DNA from: Candidatus Sericytochromatia bacterium
GTDB lineage: Bacteria > Cyanobacteriota > Sericytochromatia > S15B-MN24 > VGJW01
Assembly: GCA_035285865.1 (NCBI GenBank)
Contig: JAYKHS010000016.1
Location: 25,695-89,694 of the forward strand
DNA: 64,000 nucleotides
Reading direction: 5' to 3'
In this document: in pieces, positions 1-8,867 of the stretch
Numbering within the stretch: the first letter of the stretch is position 1
Layout of the letters: each line of letters begins with the position of its first letter
Notes under the pieces: generated by a model
Told to the model about the DNA's origin: nothing
Database searches by the model: none
Seen by the model: the letters and a program-made list of their open reading frames with translations, nothing else
Program-made: the position numbers and the translations under genes

Positions 1-112
1 CAGTTCGTGGACCGCATCCCCCAAGTAAGCCATGTCCCTCGGGTGAATCTCGGCCAGCAGTTTGGCCGGCCTTCCGGCATGTGCCTCTTCGAGGGCCTCG
101 GCCCCCGGGACC

Positions 113-1624
113 TCAGGCAAGCTGCACGCCTTCCGGCGCCCAGACCCACGCCCAGGCCGGCGCCTCGGCATGCGTCACCGCGACGGAACCATCCTTTCGA
201 TCCGCGAGGACGAATCCGGCTGTCCCCAGATGACCCCGCAGGACATCCGCCCGGGCAAAGTCCCGCCCCTGGCGGGCCATCCGCCGGGCCTCGAGCCAGT
301 GCGCCAGTTGCGCCTCCTGTCCGTCGGCCGACGACAGACCGTGCTCGGGAACCTCCCGAAGCCGTCCGACGGCCTCCTGCACGACCGATGGCCAGTCGCC
401 CGTGGCCGCGAGGGCCGCGAGATCCAGCCCAAGGACGGCAGCAAGTCGCCGTACCTCGGCCACGCCATGGCCGGCCGCCTCGGCATCCGCTCCCTGAAGC
501 CCGGCGATTTCCGCCCGCGCATCCCAGAGGGCCGCCAGCGCCCGAGGCGTGTTGAAGTCCTCGTCCATGGCCTCGCCGAAGGCGGCCCCGAGACGTTTGA
601 CGAGATCCGCGACGGCCGGGGTCTGCGGCCCCAGCGCCCCATCCCGTGTCGCCAGCGACCGGCGCAGACGCACCAGCGCACGGGTGGCACCCTCAAGGGC
701 CTCCTCGGTGAACGAAAGGTCCTGCCGGTAATGGGTCTGCAGCAAGAAGAAACGCACGGCATGGGGATCGTGGACCTCGAGCAGCTCACGCACGGTGCGG
801 AAGTTCCCGAGGCTCTTGGACATCTTTTCTGCGTCGATGTTCACGAATCCGTTATGGAGCCAGCAGGTCACGAAGGGGGCGTCGTGCAGCGCCTCTGACT
901 GAGCCACCTCGTTCTCGTGGTGGGGGAAGAGGAGGTCGATGCCGCCGACGTGCAGGTCAATCGTCGTGCCCAGCAACTCTGCCGCCATCGCCGAGCATTC
1001 CAGATGCCAGCCGGGGCGTCCGGGGCCCCAGGGACTGTCCCACGAAGGCTCACCCGGCTTCGCGGCCTTCCAAAGCGCGAAGTCGGCCGGCCCGCGCTTG
1101 TTCGGGTCGGGCTCGTCGAGCCGCGTGCGCTGGCCGAGATCCTCGGCGGATCGACCGGAAAGTCGCCCGTAGGCAGGGAAACTCGAAACATCGAAATAAA
1201 CGCTGCCATCCGACACCGCATAAGCGTGGCCCTTGCCTACCAGACCCTCGATGAAACGCAGCATCGCCGCAACATATTCCGTAGCACGCGGGTAATCGGT
1301 CGCACGCAGGATGCCCAGGCGATCCATGTCGGCGAAGTAGGCCGCCTCCCAGCGCCGGGTCAGGTCGGCGGGATCCTCGTTGCGTTCTGCGGCCCGCTGG
1401 ATGATCTTGTCGTCGATGTCCGTGAAGTTCTGGACATGGCGCACGCGGTAACCCAGATACTCCAGATAGCGCCGCACGACATCCCACGCGAGATAGGCCC
1501 GCGCGTGGCCCAGATGGCAAGCGTCGTAGACCGTGACCCCGCAGGCGTACATCGTGACCTCGGGCGGGTTTGCGGGCGCGAAGGGCTCCAACCGCCGGGT
1601 CAGGTCGTTGTGGACCCTCAGCAT
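113..1624 (-). CDS. cysS: cysteinyl-tRNA synthetase
   Basis: CGVTVYD, HLGH (HIGH-like), DFALWK, GRPGWHLECS, HHENE and KMSKS motifs. Confidence 0.98.
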   Translation of the reverse strand: MLRVHNDLTRRLEPFAPANPPEVTMYACGVTVYDACHLGHARAYLAWDVVRRYLEYLGYRVRHVQNFTDIDDKIIQRAAERNEDPADLTRRWEAAYFADMDRLGILRATDYPRATEYVAAMLRFIEGLVGKGHAYAVSDGSVYFDVSSFPAYGRLSGRSAEDLGQRTRLDEPDPNKRGPADFALWKAAKPGEPSWDSPWGPGRPGWHLECSAMAAELLGTTIDLHVGGIDLLFPHHENEVAQSEALHDAPFVTCWLHNGFVNIDAEKMSKSLGNFRTVRELLEVHDPHAVRFFLLQTHYRQDLSFTEEALEGATRALVRLRRSLATRDGALGPQTPAVADLVKRLGAAFGEAMDEDFNTPRALAALWDARAEIAGLQGADAEAAGHGVAEVRRLAAVLGLDLAALAATGDWPSVVQEAVGRLREVPEHGLSSADGQEAQLAHWLEARRMARQGRDFARADVLRGHLGTAGFVLADRKDGSVAVTHAEAPAWAWVWAPEGVQLA

Positions 1625-1717
1625 CTTCCAAGTCTAGCAGAGACCGACCCGACGCCCCTTGCCGGAGCCATGGGGACGTACACCATGAATCCGCCCCTGG
1701 AATCCGAGGAGAAAACC

Positions 1718-2155
1718 ATGCGCGTCCGAGATCTGATGAACCCCCACGTCCACGCTTGTGGCCCCGAAACCACCGTTCTGGAAGTGGCCAAGCTGATGAA
1801 GCGGGAAGACGTCGGGCTCGTCCCCATTCTCGAGGGCGGCCGCATCATGGGTGTCGTCACCGACAGAGATCTGGCGCTGGAAGCCGTCACTGCAGATGCC
1901 CTCCACGTCCCGATCCGCAACCTGATTCACCACGGCCCCGTCTGCGTCGATCCCGACGCGTCGCTTGAGGAAGCCGCCGACCAGATGGTCCGCCACCGGG
2001 TTCGGCGCCTGTGTGTCAGCAGCCAACCCGCGAATGGCGCCCTGCAGGGCGTGGTCAGTCTGGATGACCTGGCGAGCCTGCCCGATGCATCACTCGCGGT
2101 ACGGGTGCTCTGCGAACTTCATCCGCGACTGAGGAAGACCCGCAAAGCCGCCTGA
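1718..2155 (+). CDS. CBS-domain pair protein
   Basis: MRVRDLM..., GVVTDRDL, GVVSLDDL; GAGGAG RBS before ATG 1718 (3' part of ORF 917..2155). Confidence 0.9.
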   Translation: MRVRDLMNPHVHACGPETTVLEVAKLMKREDVGLVPILEGGRIMGVVTDRDLALEAVTADALHVPIRNLIHHGPVCVDPDASLEEAADQMVRHRVRRLCVSSQPANGALQGVVSLDDLASLPDASLAVRVLCELHPRLRKTRKAA

Positions 2156-2174
2156 ACTGGCGCCAAAGGCCGCG

Positions 2175-2945
2175 TCAGAGGGTGAAGGTCTGGACGTGCT
2201 GGCGTTCGGCCTCACCCTCGACGCGGGTCCTGACCTCGAAGTGCTCGGCGATTCCGCTGTGGTGGATCTTGTGCTTGAGCAAATTGTCGACCTGGAAGAT
2301 TCCGGCACTGTTGTTCATGGTGACCTCGACCCGAACGGGCCGTGTCTCGCCTCGGGAGATCGCCACCTTGTCGATGGCCGCGGCCGAGAGGGAGTGGATG
2401 CTCACCCGTCCGCCCTTGATGATGGCGCGTGACCGCCACTTCGACATGTCGAGCGCATCGGCGACCTTCACCACGCCGGCCTCGACCGTCAGGCAGCGCT
2501 GCATCGAATTGTGACCGATCATCGCGTGCAGCGTCTCCTGGACGACCGTCACCGCCTCGATGGGGGCATAGAGCCCTTCGAGCAGGGGCGGCAGGGCCTG
2601 GTGCACGAGGAAGAGCGAGTGCGCCTCGTGGCTGTCGCGGTGCACCGTCATCCCCACGTCATGCAGCAGACCGGCCAGCACGACGACGACCTCGGCATCC
2701 GCAAAGGTCATGCCCTCTCTGGAGACCATCCCCGGAACCACCCCGGCCTCGCCCAACAGGCGCAGGATCTTGAGGGCATTGTGGGCGACAATCTTGACGT
2801 GCGTCGGTCCGTGATCGTTCACGCCGGCCCGTTGGGAGTTGACGACCGCAACCTGCCACATGCGCGGCAGCACGCCCGACTCCTCGATTCTCTCGAGGAT
2901 TGCGGCAAGCCGGGGATTGTCGGCGACAGGAAGAATCATGCCCAT
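2175..2945 (-). CDS. HD-superfamily metal-dependent phosphohydrolase
   Basis: NDHGPTH, LHDVG, RDSHEAHS and VADALD motifs; start could be 2939. Confidence 0.88.
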   Translation of the reverse strand: MGMILPVADNPRLAAILERIEESGVLPRMWQVAVVNSQRAGVNDHGPTHVKIVAHNALKILRLLGEAGVVPGMVSREGMTFADAEVVVVLAGLLHDVGMTVHRDSHEAHSLFLVHQALPPLLEGLYAPIEAVTVVQETLHAMIGHNSMQRCLTVEAGVVKVADALDMSKWRSRAIIKGGRVSIHSLSAAAIDKVAISRGETRPVRVEVTMNNSAGIFQVDNLLKHKIHHSGIAEHFEVRTRVEGEAERQHVQTFTL

Positions 2946-2980
2946 CTTTCATACCCCGGCCAGGGGGGAGAGGGCACGGC

Positions 2981-3523
2981 TCAAGGGAGCCGGGAAGTCT
3001 GGTAGTCCAGCAGCTGTCCGGATCCGGGGTCGACCGACCAAGTCGCGGGAAAGCGACCTGCCGTGGCCACCAGCAGGAGCGGACGCCCCTCGGTCACGCG
3101 CCACGACCACGTTGCCGGCTCGGTCAGGGGCATACCCCTCGTGACCAGCTCGGACGCGAGGGGCGCCGAATCAAGCAAGGCATCCGCGGCCAACGGTGGT
3201 GCAGGCACCCCCCGGTCCGGCCAAACCTTGAAGTGATGCTTGCCCACGCGAACCTCGCAGGTCCGGACCACCTGCCCCTGCTCGATGAACGTGAAGACCC
3301 AACCGCCACGCTCCGCCGAACGACCTGCCACAAGATCCCGACCCTCGATGGCCACCAGCGTGGCCCGAGGGGACCACTCGCCGACCCGGCGAATCGCCGA
3401 CGGCAGGGTCTCGGCCAAGGTTCCGGTCCCACCCTCCGGACGCAGGCTGCGCTCCATCCACCAGCCTCCACCCCAGATGGCCACGACCATGCCGCCCATC
3501 AGCCAGAGCATCCGCTCGTCCAA
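2981..3523 (-). CDS. hypothetical membrane-anchored protein
   Basis: N-terminal hydrophobic segment; AGGAGG RBS before TTG 3523 (ORF track extends to 3589). Confidence 0.6.
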   Translation of the reverse strand: MDERMLWLMGGMVVAIWGGGWWMERSLRPEGGTGTLAETLPSAIRRVGEWSPRATLVAIEGRDLVAGRSAERGGWVFTFIEQGQVVRTCEVRVGKHHFKVWPDRGVPAPPLAADALLDSAPLASELVTRGMPLTEPATWSWRVTEGRPLLLVATAGRFPATWSVDPGSGQLLDYQTSRLP

Positions 3524-3799
3524 GGCCCGCCTCCTCGACAGGTTCCATCCTAACAGCATGCATGGGGCCTTCCGACGGTTTGCGCGCAAGGGGCGGATGC
3601 TAGCGTGAGGTCGTCACCGGTCCGGGGTCGACCCGGATCCTGCAGCGACCCACGTCCTTACGTCGCCTCCCTCTGGCCGCATGCCGGTTCCTCCGGCAGC
3701 ACCTGCCCAGACGCCCACGACCCGTGCGCGACATCGCGTCCCCGGCCATCGCCGATGGCCGGAGCCTCACGTCCGGTTGGTTGTCCGAGAGGAGACTTC

Positions 3800-5008
3800 A
3801 TGGCGCGCTTGAACCTGGCGACACGCTGTATGCTCGGTGGCCTCATGGCCGCCACTGTCTTCGGTTGTGCCTCATCCCCGACTCAGCAGCCCCCGACGGG
3901 ACAGCCGGCGGCCGGACAGGTCACGGTCCCGGTGGCTTCCGATCTGGGCGGTGGCGGCAATCCGACATCACCGTCCTCCGGCGGTGCCCTCGGCCCGGTG
4001 GCTCCGGCGGTGCCCATCCCCGGTCTTTCCATCGGGGCAGCACCGACCATGTTGCCCTTCGTCTCCGTCATCGGCGGCGAGAAGCAACTCTTCGTCTATG
4101 ACCGCACCATCAGCGACAACTATGCCCTGGTGGGTGCAGGCATCGGGGTCAACAACCCCGAGGTCTTCAGCAGCGGGCGCGTGGTCTTCGACCGTCGCCA
4201 AGGGCGTCGCTCGCAGATCTTCGTCTATGACGTGGTGGCCGAGTTGCTCGTCGCCCTCAACGACGTCAATGGCCTGGGCTCGGTCCGCAGGCCGAGCATG
4301 AGCTTCGACGGCACGGCCATGACCTTCGTCCTCGAGGGCGAGCGGCGTGACCTGCCCAAGGCGATGCTCTGGCTCAATGGCGTCGTGGCCGACTTGGCCA
4401 AGGTCAATGCTCAGGCCTCATGCGAAGGTGGCGTGAACTGGATCCGGATCTCCTGCGACGCCCGCTGGGCGGTCTTCACGACGATGGCCGGCCGCCTCTA
4501 CGTCTATGACCTGCTCAACCCGATGATCCACGAGATCACCCAGGCGCGCCTGTACGGGCAGATCTCGCATCCCGCGATCAGCCCCGATGGCACGCAGATC
4601 GCCTTTGCGGCCAGCGACGGCAACGTCTATCGCTACGACCGCGTGGCGAACCTGGTGGATCCGATGCCGTTCCTGAACCAGGCCTTCACCAACTACGACG
4701 TCACGGATCCCAAGTTCGTGTGCTTCGACAACGCGCACATCTACACCGAGATGCTGACGCGCGGTGGCGACATCCTCACGAACCACCTGCCGGATCCGAA
4801 GTGCGACTCCGAGGATTGCGAGGACGAGGACGGGCACGGTCGCGGCCACGGCAGTCGTCCGCCCCGTACTCTGGTGCGTCGCGTGACGGAGTACAACTGG
4901 ATCACCGAGACCTTGGCCACGCTGACCGTCCTGAACAACGTCGCCGCGGAGGGCGACCAGCAGATCAGCGACCTCGAAGACGAGAGGGGCCACGGCGGCG
5001 GGCACTGA
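3800..5008 (+). CDS. lipoprotein with TolB/PD40-like beta-propeller repeats
   Basis: lipobox VFGC, Pro-rich linker, PSMSFDG and PAISPDGTQIAF repeats; AGGAG RBS. Confidence 0.8.
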   Translation: MARLNLATRCMLGGLMAATVFGCASSPTQQPPTGQPAAGQVTVPVASDLGGGGNPTSPSSGGALGPVAPAVPIPGLSIGAAPTMLPFVSVIGGEKQLFVYDRTISDNYALVGAGIGVNNPEVFSSGRVVFDRRQGRRSQIFVYDVVAELLVALNDVNGLGSVRRPSMSFDGTAMTFVLEGERRDLPKAMLWLNGVVADLAKVNAQASCEGGVNWIRISCDARWAVFTTMAGRLYVYDLLNPMIHEITQARLYGQISHPAISPDGTQIAFAASDGNVYRYDRVANLVDPMPFLNQAFTNYDVTDPKFVCFDNAHIYTEMLTRGGDILTNHLPDPKCDSEDCEDEDGHGRGHGSRPPRTLVRRVTEYNWITETLATLTVLNNVAAEGDQQISDLEDERGHGGGH

Positions 5009-5029
5009 TAGACAGGACAGCGTCCAGGT

Positions 5030-5059
5030 GGGGCTTCCGGGTCGCGACCCGGGGGCCCC
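5030..5059 (+). terminator. GC-rich hairpin between convergent genes, probable terminator
   Basis: GGGGCTTCCGGGTC-GC-GACCCGGGGGCCCC inverted repeat 21 nt after the stop at 5008. Confidence 0.6.
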
Positions 5060-5180
5060 GCCCCCGTTTCAGGGGAGACTCGGCGCATCGAAGCCAGATT
5101 GACTGAAGCGTGCAAGGCCCCCTGCAGCGTCTAGCCTGACATCCGCAGATTGGGTTCAGAAGCTAACCGCCTGCTTCTGG

Positions 5181-6302
5181 TCAGGGTCCGGCGGTCCTGA
5201 CCAAGCGGAAGCCTCGCGTGTTGTCGATGCTGTACTGATATCCGAAGATTCGCCGAGCCCCCCTTGCAGGCCAAGCGATTTCGTACCACGTGCCACCACG
5301 ATAGACCCGAGCCGAGTTGGTGGCAGGTCCCGTAGGGTCGATGAGCGGCTTGTCGGTGCTTCTGCTGTACAAATCCCAAGACCACTCCGACACGTTGCCC
5401 GCCATATCGTAGAGGCCCCAGGCATTGGGCAGTTTGCCACCAACCGGTTGAGGCGCCCCAGCCCCCCTCACCCAGGCGATCTCCGGCACCTTGGCTTCGT
5501 CGTTGCCGTTGTACCAGATGGTCGTGGTGCCGGCCCTGTAGGCATACTCCCACTCGGCATCCGTGGGCAGCCTCCACCCCGTGGTGGCGTAGGGCGTCAC
5601 CCCATTGACCGTCACGACTGAACACCGCATGCCCGTCCCCGGCACACCGGAACAGCCGTCCAAGGTATACGCCTCAGGGAGACCATCCCTGCGGGAGAGT
5701 GCGTTGGCGTAAGCCAAGGTCTCGAACCAGTTGACCGAGTCCACGGGCCGAGTCATCTGATCCGCCCGTCGGTAGTAGGAGGGATTGTTGCCCATCAACG
5801 CCAGCCAGTCGGCCTGAGTCACCTCCGAGTTCATGATGTAGTAGTCACGGGTCAAGGTGACCTGATGTGGCGTTTCATAGCCGCCATCAGAGAAGCGACC
5901 GATCTCTTCTGCCGGCGAGCCCATCTGGAAAGTCCCGGCGCGAATCAGGACAGCTACAGGCCTGAACGGAGTCGGCGTCGGTTCGGGCGTCGGCGCAGCC
6001 GTCGGTTCGGGCGTCGGCGCAGCCGTCGGTTCGGGCGTCGGTGCAGCCGTCGGTTCGGGCGTCGGCGCAGCCGTCGGTTCGGGCGTCGGCGCAGCCGTCG
6101 GTTCGGGCGTCGGCGCAGCCGTCGGTTCGGGCGTCGGCGCAGCCGTCGGTTCGGGCGTCGGCGCAGCCGTCGAGGTGGGCGTCGGCGCAGCCGTCGGTGA
6201 CACATTCAGGCGTGTGGCCGTAGTCGCCAGATTCGCCACGGCGGCACAGCCCGCAAGGGCCGTGACCGAGATGAAGGCGAAAGGCTTCCTGTCCAAACTC
6301 AC
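5181..6302 (-). CDS. FGE/SUMF1-family (C-type lectin fold) lipoprotein with Pro/Thr stalk
   Basis: lipobox LAGC; FQMGS, RLPTDAEWEYA, PNAWGLYDMAGNVSEW, RGG-W and GFRLVR motifs. Confidence 0.92.
   Translation of the reverse strand: MSLDRKPFAFISVTALAGCAAVANLATTATRLNVSPTAAPTPTSTAAPTPEPTAAPTPEPTAAPTPEPTAAPTPEPTAAPTPEPTAAPTPEPTAAPTPEPTAAPTPEPTPTPFRPVAVLIRAGTFQMGSPAEEIGRFSDGGYETPHQVTLTRDYYIMNSEVTQADWLALMGNNPSYYRRADQMTRPVDSVNWFETLAYANALSRRDGLPEAYTLDGCSGVPGTGMRCSVVTVNGVTPYATTGWRLPTDAEWEYAYRAGTTTIWYNGNDEAKVPEIAWVRGAGAPQPVGGKLPNAWGLYDMAGNVSEWSWDLYSRSTDKPLIDPTGPATNSARVYRGGTWYEIAWPARGARRIFGYQYSIDNTRGFRLVRTAGP
5977..6198. repeat. 24-bp tandem repeat, 8 near-identical copies plus 1 degenerate copy, encoding (AAPTPEPT)n
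   Basis: unit GTCGGTTCGGGCGTCGGCGCAGCC starting at 5977, 6001, ... 6145; variant copy at 6169. Confidence 0.97.
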
Positions 6303-6412
6303 GACCTCAACTCTGCCATGCCTGCCGGGTTCTCATACCCCTGGCTGCCGGTCCGGCATCGGAGAGGCTTGAATGAACGCTCACCCGAGGCACGACGGGT
6401 CACAAAGGCGAC

Positions 6413-7117
6413 TTACGGGCTCTCCCGACGGCCGACGAACTCGAAGTCGGGGCGGCGAATGCGGGCCTGCCAATAGGGACCTTCCTGGCGAGCAAAGGTG
6501 TCGCGCAGGCCGGAAACCACGGAAGGCAAGGCCGTCTCCTGAGCCCAGTCCCAGAACCACGTCGGCAGGAATGCGAAATCGGGATCGATGCGGGCGCTGT
6601 AGAGCATCAGGGTCCGGCGACCGGCCCACGGCAACATCTGCAGATGGCCGGCATATGCCTTCACCGTACCGGCCTCCTTCTGCCACGAGCAAAGCCTGCG
6701 CTCCGGCTCGAGGACGGCCCGTGTCGTCACCCACCGCTGCGGTAGCGGCCATGGCAACTTCAGCGTGTAAGTGCCCACGACCTCGCGAGCCGCCTCGGAT
6801 ACGACGCGCGACTCGGAGATGCCAGAGTAGATGCGGTCGTAGTTGCGAAAGTCCGTGGCAAGAGCCCAGGCATCCCTCGGGGAAACTGGCAGGGTTCCCG
6901 CAGAGGCCACCATCCTGTTCGGCCCGGCAGCATCCTCCCATCGGGTAAGAATCTCGCCATCCCCAAGCCGCCGAAGATCCTCGGGGCTCAGTTCGCGACC
7001 GGCGAAGACCACGCCACCTGCCCCGGCTGCCAAGGCAATCGGGGCAAGATTGGCGCTCAGCACAAACAGGGCCAGACCCGGCAGAAGTGTACGGGCGACG
7101 CGGCCAACGGCCTCCAT
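6413..7117 (-). CDS. exported SRPBCC/START (polyketide cyclase-like) protein
   Basis: signal peptide; AWALATDFRNY, LPWPLPQRW pattern; start uncertain (7117 or 7153). Confidence 0.72.
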   Translation of the reverse strand: MEAVGRVARTLLPGLALFVLSANLAPIALAAGAGGVVFAGRELSPEDLRRLGDGEILTRWEDAAGPNRMVASAGTLPVSPRDAWALATDFRNYDRIYSGISESRVVSEAAREVVGTYTLKLPWPLPQRWVTTRAVLEPERRLCSWQKEAGTVKAYAGHLQMLPWAGRRTLMLYSARIDPDFAFLPTWFWDWAQETALPSVVSGLRDTFARQEGPYWQARIRRPDFEFVGRRESP

Positions 7118-7164
7118 GACCGTTCGATACCCTTTCGTGACGCTTTGCAACAATTTCCCTCATC

Positions 7165-7198
7165 CTTGACAAGTCCTTAACCGAATCGCGCCATAATG
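7165..7198 (+). promoter_or_regulatory. candidate OmpR/PhoB-type activator boxes plus -10 element
   Basis: CTTGAC (7165) and CTTAAC (7176) 11 bp apart, then CATAAT at 7192. Confidence 0.55.
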
Positions 7199-7225
7199 GA
7201 GCAGACACCGAGAGGATCCGACGCC

Positions 7226-8092
7226 GTGCGCCAATCCCGTTTCGTTCTGAACCTGCTGCTTGCAGGCATCATGCTGGCCTCGGTACCCGCGTGCGGCACC
7301 CAGCCAACCCTGCGCATCGCCCCGCAGCCTTCTGCGCTCCAGGCGCGTCGCATCAAGGTCAAGGGCCTTCCGGCGGACTATTACCGGAACACGCAGGGCC
7401 TTGTCGGCCGCGCCTTGGTTCAGGCCCTGCACGACACGGTCGCGAAGCATACCGATCTGGGCTACGATACCGCCCGCGATCATCTCTTCGCCGACGTGGC
7501 CGACACCGACGACAACGACATCGTCGAGGACATCTACACGGGCGAGGCGTTCACCGGCGTGCGCGATCGCGGCTCGGCCTCGAAGCACAACCTGAACACC
7601 GAGCACACCTGGCCCCAGAGCCTGGGTGCCCAAGGTGCCGCCCGCTCGGACCTACACCATCTTCAGTCTTCGGATGCCGGGATCAACGGCAGCCGCGGCT
7701 CCCATCCCTACGGAACGGTTGCCGGCTCGCCCACCTTCCAGTTCCCGGCCATCGACGGGAAGACCCGCATCGGCGAGGATGCGCGGGGCCTCACGGTCTG
7801 CGAACCCCGCCCGGGCGTCCGCGGCGACATTGCCCGTGGCCTGCTCTATTTCTATGTCGTGTACGGCGGCCACGACTCCACTTCGCTCAAGAACTTCGTC
7901 AACGAAGTGCGGACCTTGGTGGCCTGGCATGACCTCGACCCCGTGGATGCTGCGGAACGTGAGCGGAACGAAAGGGTCTGGCAGGTGCAAGGCAACCGGA
8001 ACCCCTTCATCGACGATCCAGGCTTCGTGGGCCGTGCCGCCTTCGACAGCATGGACCTTAATCGTCCGAATCGGCCCAACCGCCCCCGCTGA
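7226..8092 (+). CDS. secreted endonuclease I / Bsn-type nuclease
   Basis: signal or lipoprotein leader; NTEHTWPQS, SDLHHL, RGDIARGLLYF, QGNRNPFID; start 7196 or 7226. Confidence 0.92.
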   Translation: MRQSRFVLNLLLAGIMLASVPACGTQPTLRIAPQPSALQARRIKVKGLPADYYRNTQGLVGRALVQALHDTVAKHTDLGYDTARDHLFADVADTDDNDIVEDIYTGEAFTGVRDRGSASKHNLNTEHTWPQSLGAQGAARSDLHHLQSSDAGINGSRGSHPYGTVAGSPTFQFPAIDGKTRIGEDARGLTVCEPRPGVRGDIARGLLYFYVVYGGHDSTSLKNFVNEVRTLVAWHDLDPVDAAERERNERVWQVQGNRNPFIDDPGFVGRAAFDSMDLNRPNRPNRPR

Positions 8093-8163
8093 CGGCGGGC
8101 CTTGCGCCACCGGCTCGCCCCGGGCACGCTGCCTCCGCTGGAGCTATCCACGGGGAGGTACCG

Positions 8164-8817
8164 ATGGACGCGGCCTCGATGGCGTGGGCCGGGCTTGGCG
8201 CAAGCGGAACACTGGGCTTGATGCTGGCCCTTGGCCGGCGGTCAGGTCTCTCCTCTCCGGACCACGCCCTGCTTCTGGGCAATCTCGTGGCCCCCGGCCA
8301 GTCCGTCGCGCCACTCCATGGCCTGCTGCTGCTCCAGTTGCGCGGATTCCTGCTTGCAGCCTGCCTCGCCTGGATATGGCGCCTGACGGACTTGTCGCCC
8401 GGTCCGCTGCAAGGAGGCCTGCTGGGCGGCATCCTCGGCCTGCATCTCGGACTTCTGCAACGCCCTGCCTTCATGTTGGCCCGCTGGCTCGAACCGGCCG
8501 CGACCCGACCGATGGTCGAGGCATCTGAACTCCTGGAAGGCCCGGATGGTCTCGTAGAGCGCGGCTGGCGCCTCCTGGCCCAGATGCTTGCGGGATCCGC
8601 CTGCGGGGCCTTCCTCGGCTTGCCCATGACGCCCGGCCTTGTGGCCACGGCTCTGATTCTCTCCCTGGTCGGTGGCGTGAGCAGCCTGCGCGCCGCACGA
8701 AAGCCCCCCGGATCCCAGGTCGGCGCGGTCGTGTTTTTGCGGGAAGACCCTCTCGATCAGGAGGCACTGCTGCGCTGGTCCGGAGAAAGTCCCGCCTCGG
8801 GGAACACCCGGGACTAG
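8164..8817 (+). CDS. hypothetical integral membrane protein
   Basis: several hydrophobic segments; GGAGG RBS. Confidence 0.65.
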   Translation: MDAASMAWAGLGASGTLGLMLALGRRSGLSSPDHALLLGNLVAPGQSVAPLHGLLLLQLRGFLLAACLAWIWRLTDLSPGPLQGGLLGGILGLHLGLLQRPAFMLARWLEPAATRPMVEASELLEGPDGLVERGWRLLAQMLAGSACGAFLGLPMTPGLVATALILSLVGGVSSLRAARKPPGSQVGAVVFLREDPLDQEALLRWSGESPASGNTRD

Positions 8818-8867
8818 CGGGAGGGCGGCGTGAAGCCCTTGGCACAGGCCGGTGCTAGGATGGATTC

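Noticed and set aside
3600..3799. Riboswitch or ncRNA in the long leader
   Set aside because: Only a short GC palindrome; no aptamer motif or terminator that I could recognise.
5977..6198. CRISPR array
   Set aside because: Repeats are head-to-tail without spacers, in frame in a CDS, and there are no cas genes.
5181..6302. Complete DGR locus, or an active formylglycine-generating enzyme
   Set aside because: No reverse transcriptase, avd or template repeat in the window; the catalytic Cys pair and a neighbouring sulfatase are absent.
7166..7197. Canonical sigma70 promoter TTGACA...CATAAT
   Set aside because: The spacer is 20 nt; it fits better as 11-bp-phased activator boxes.
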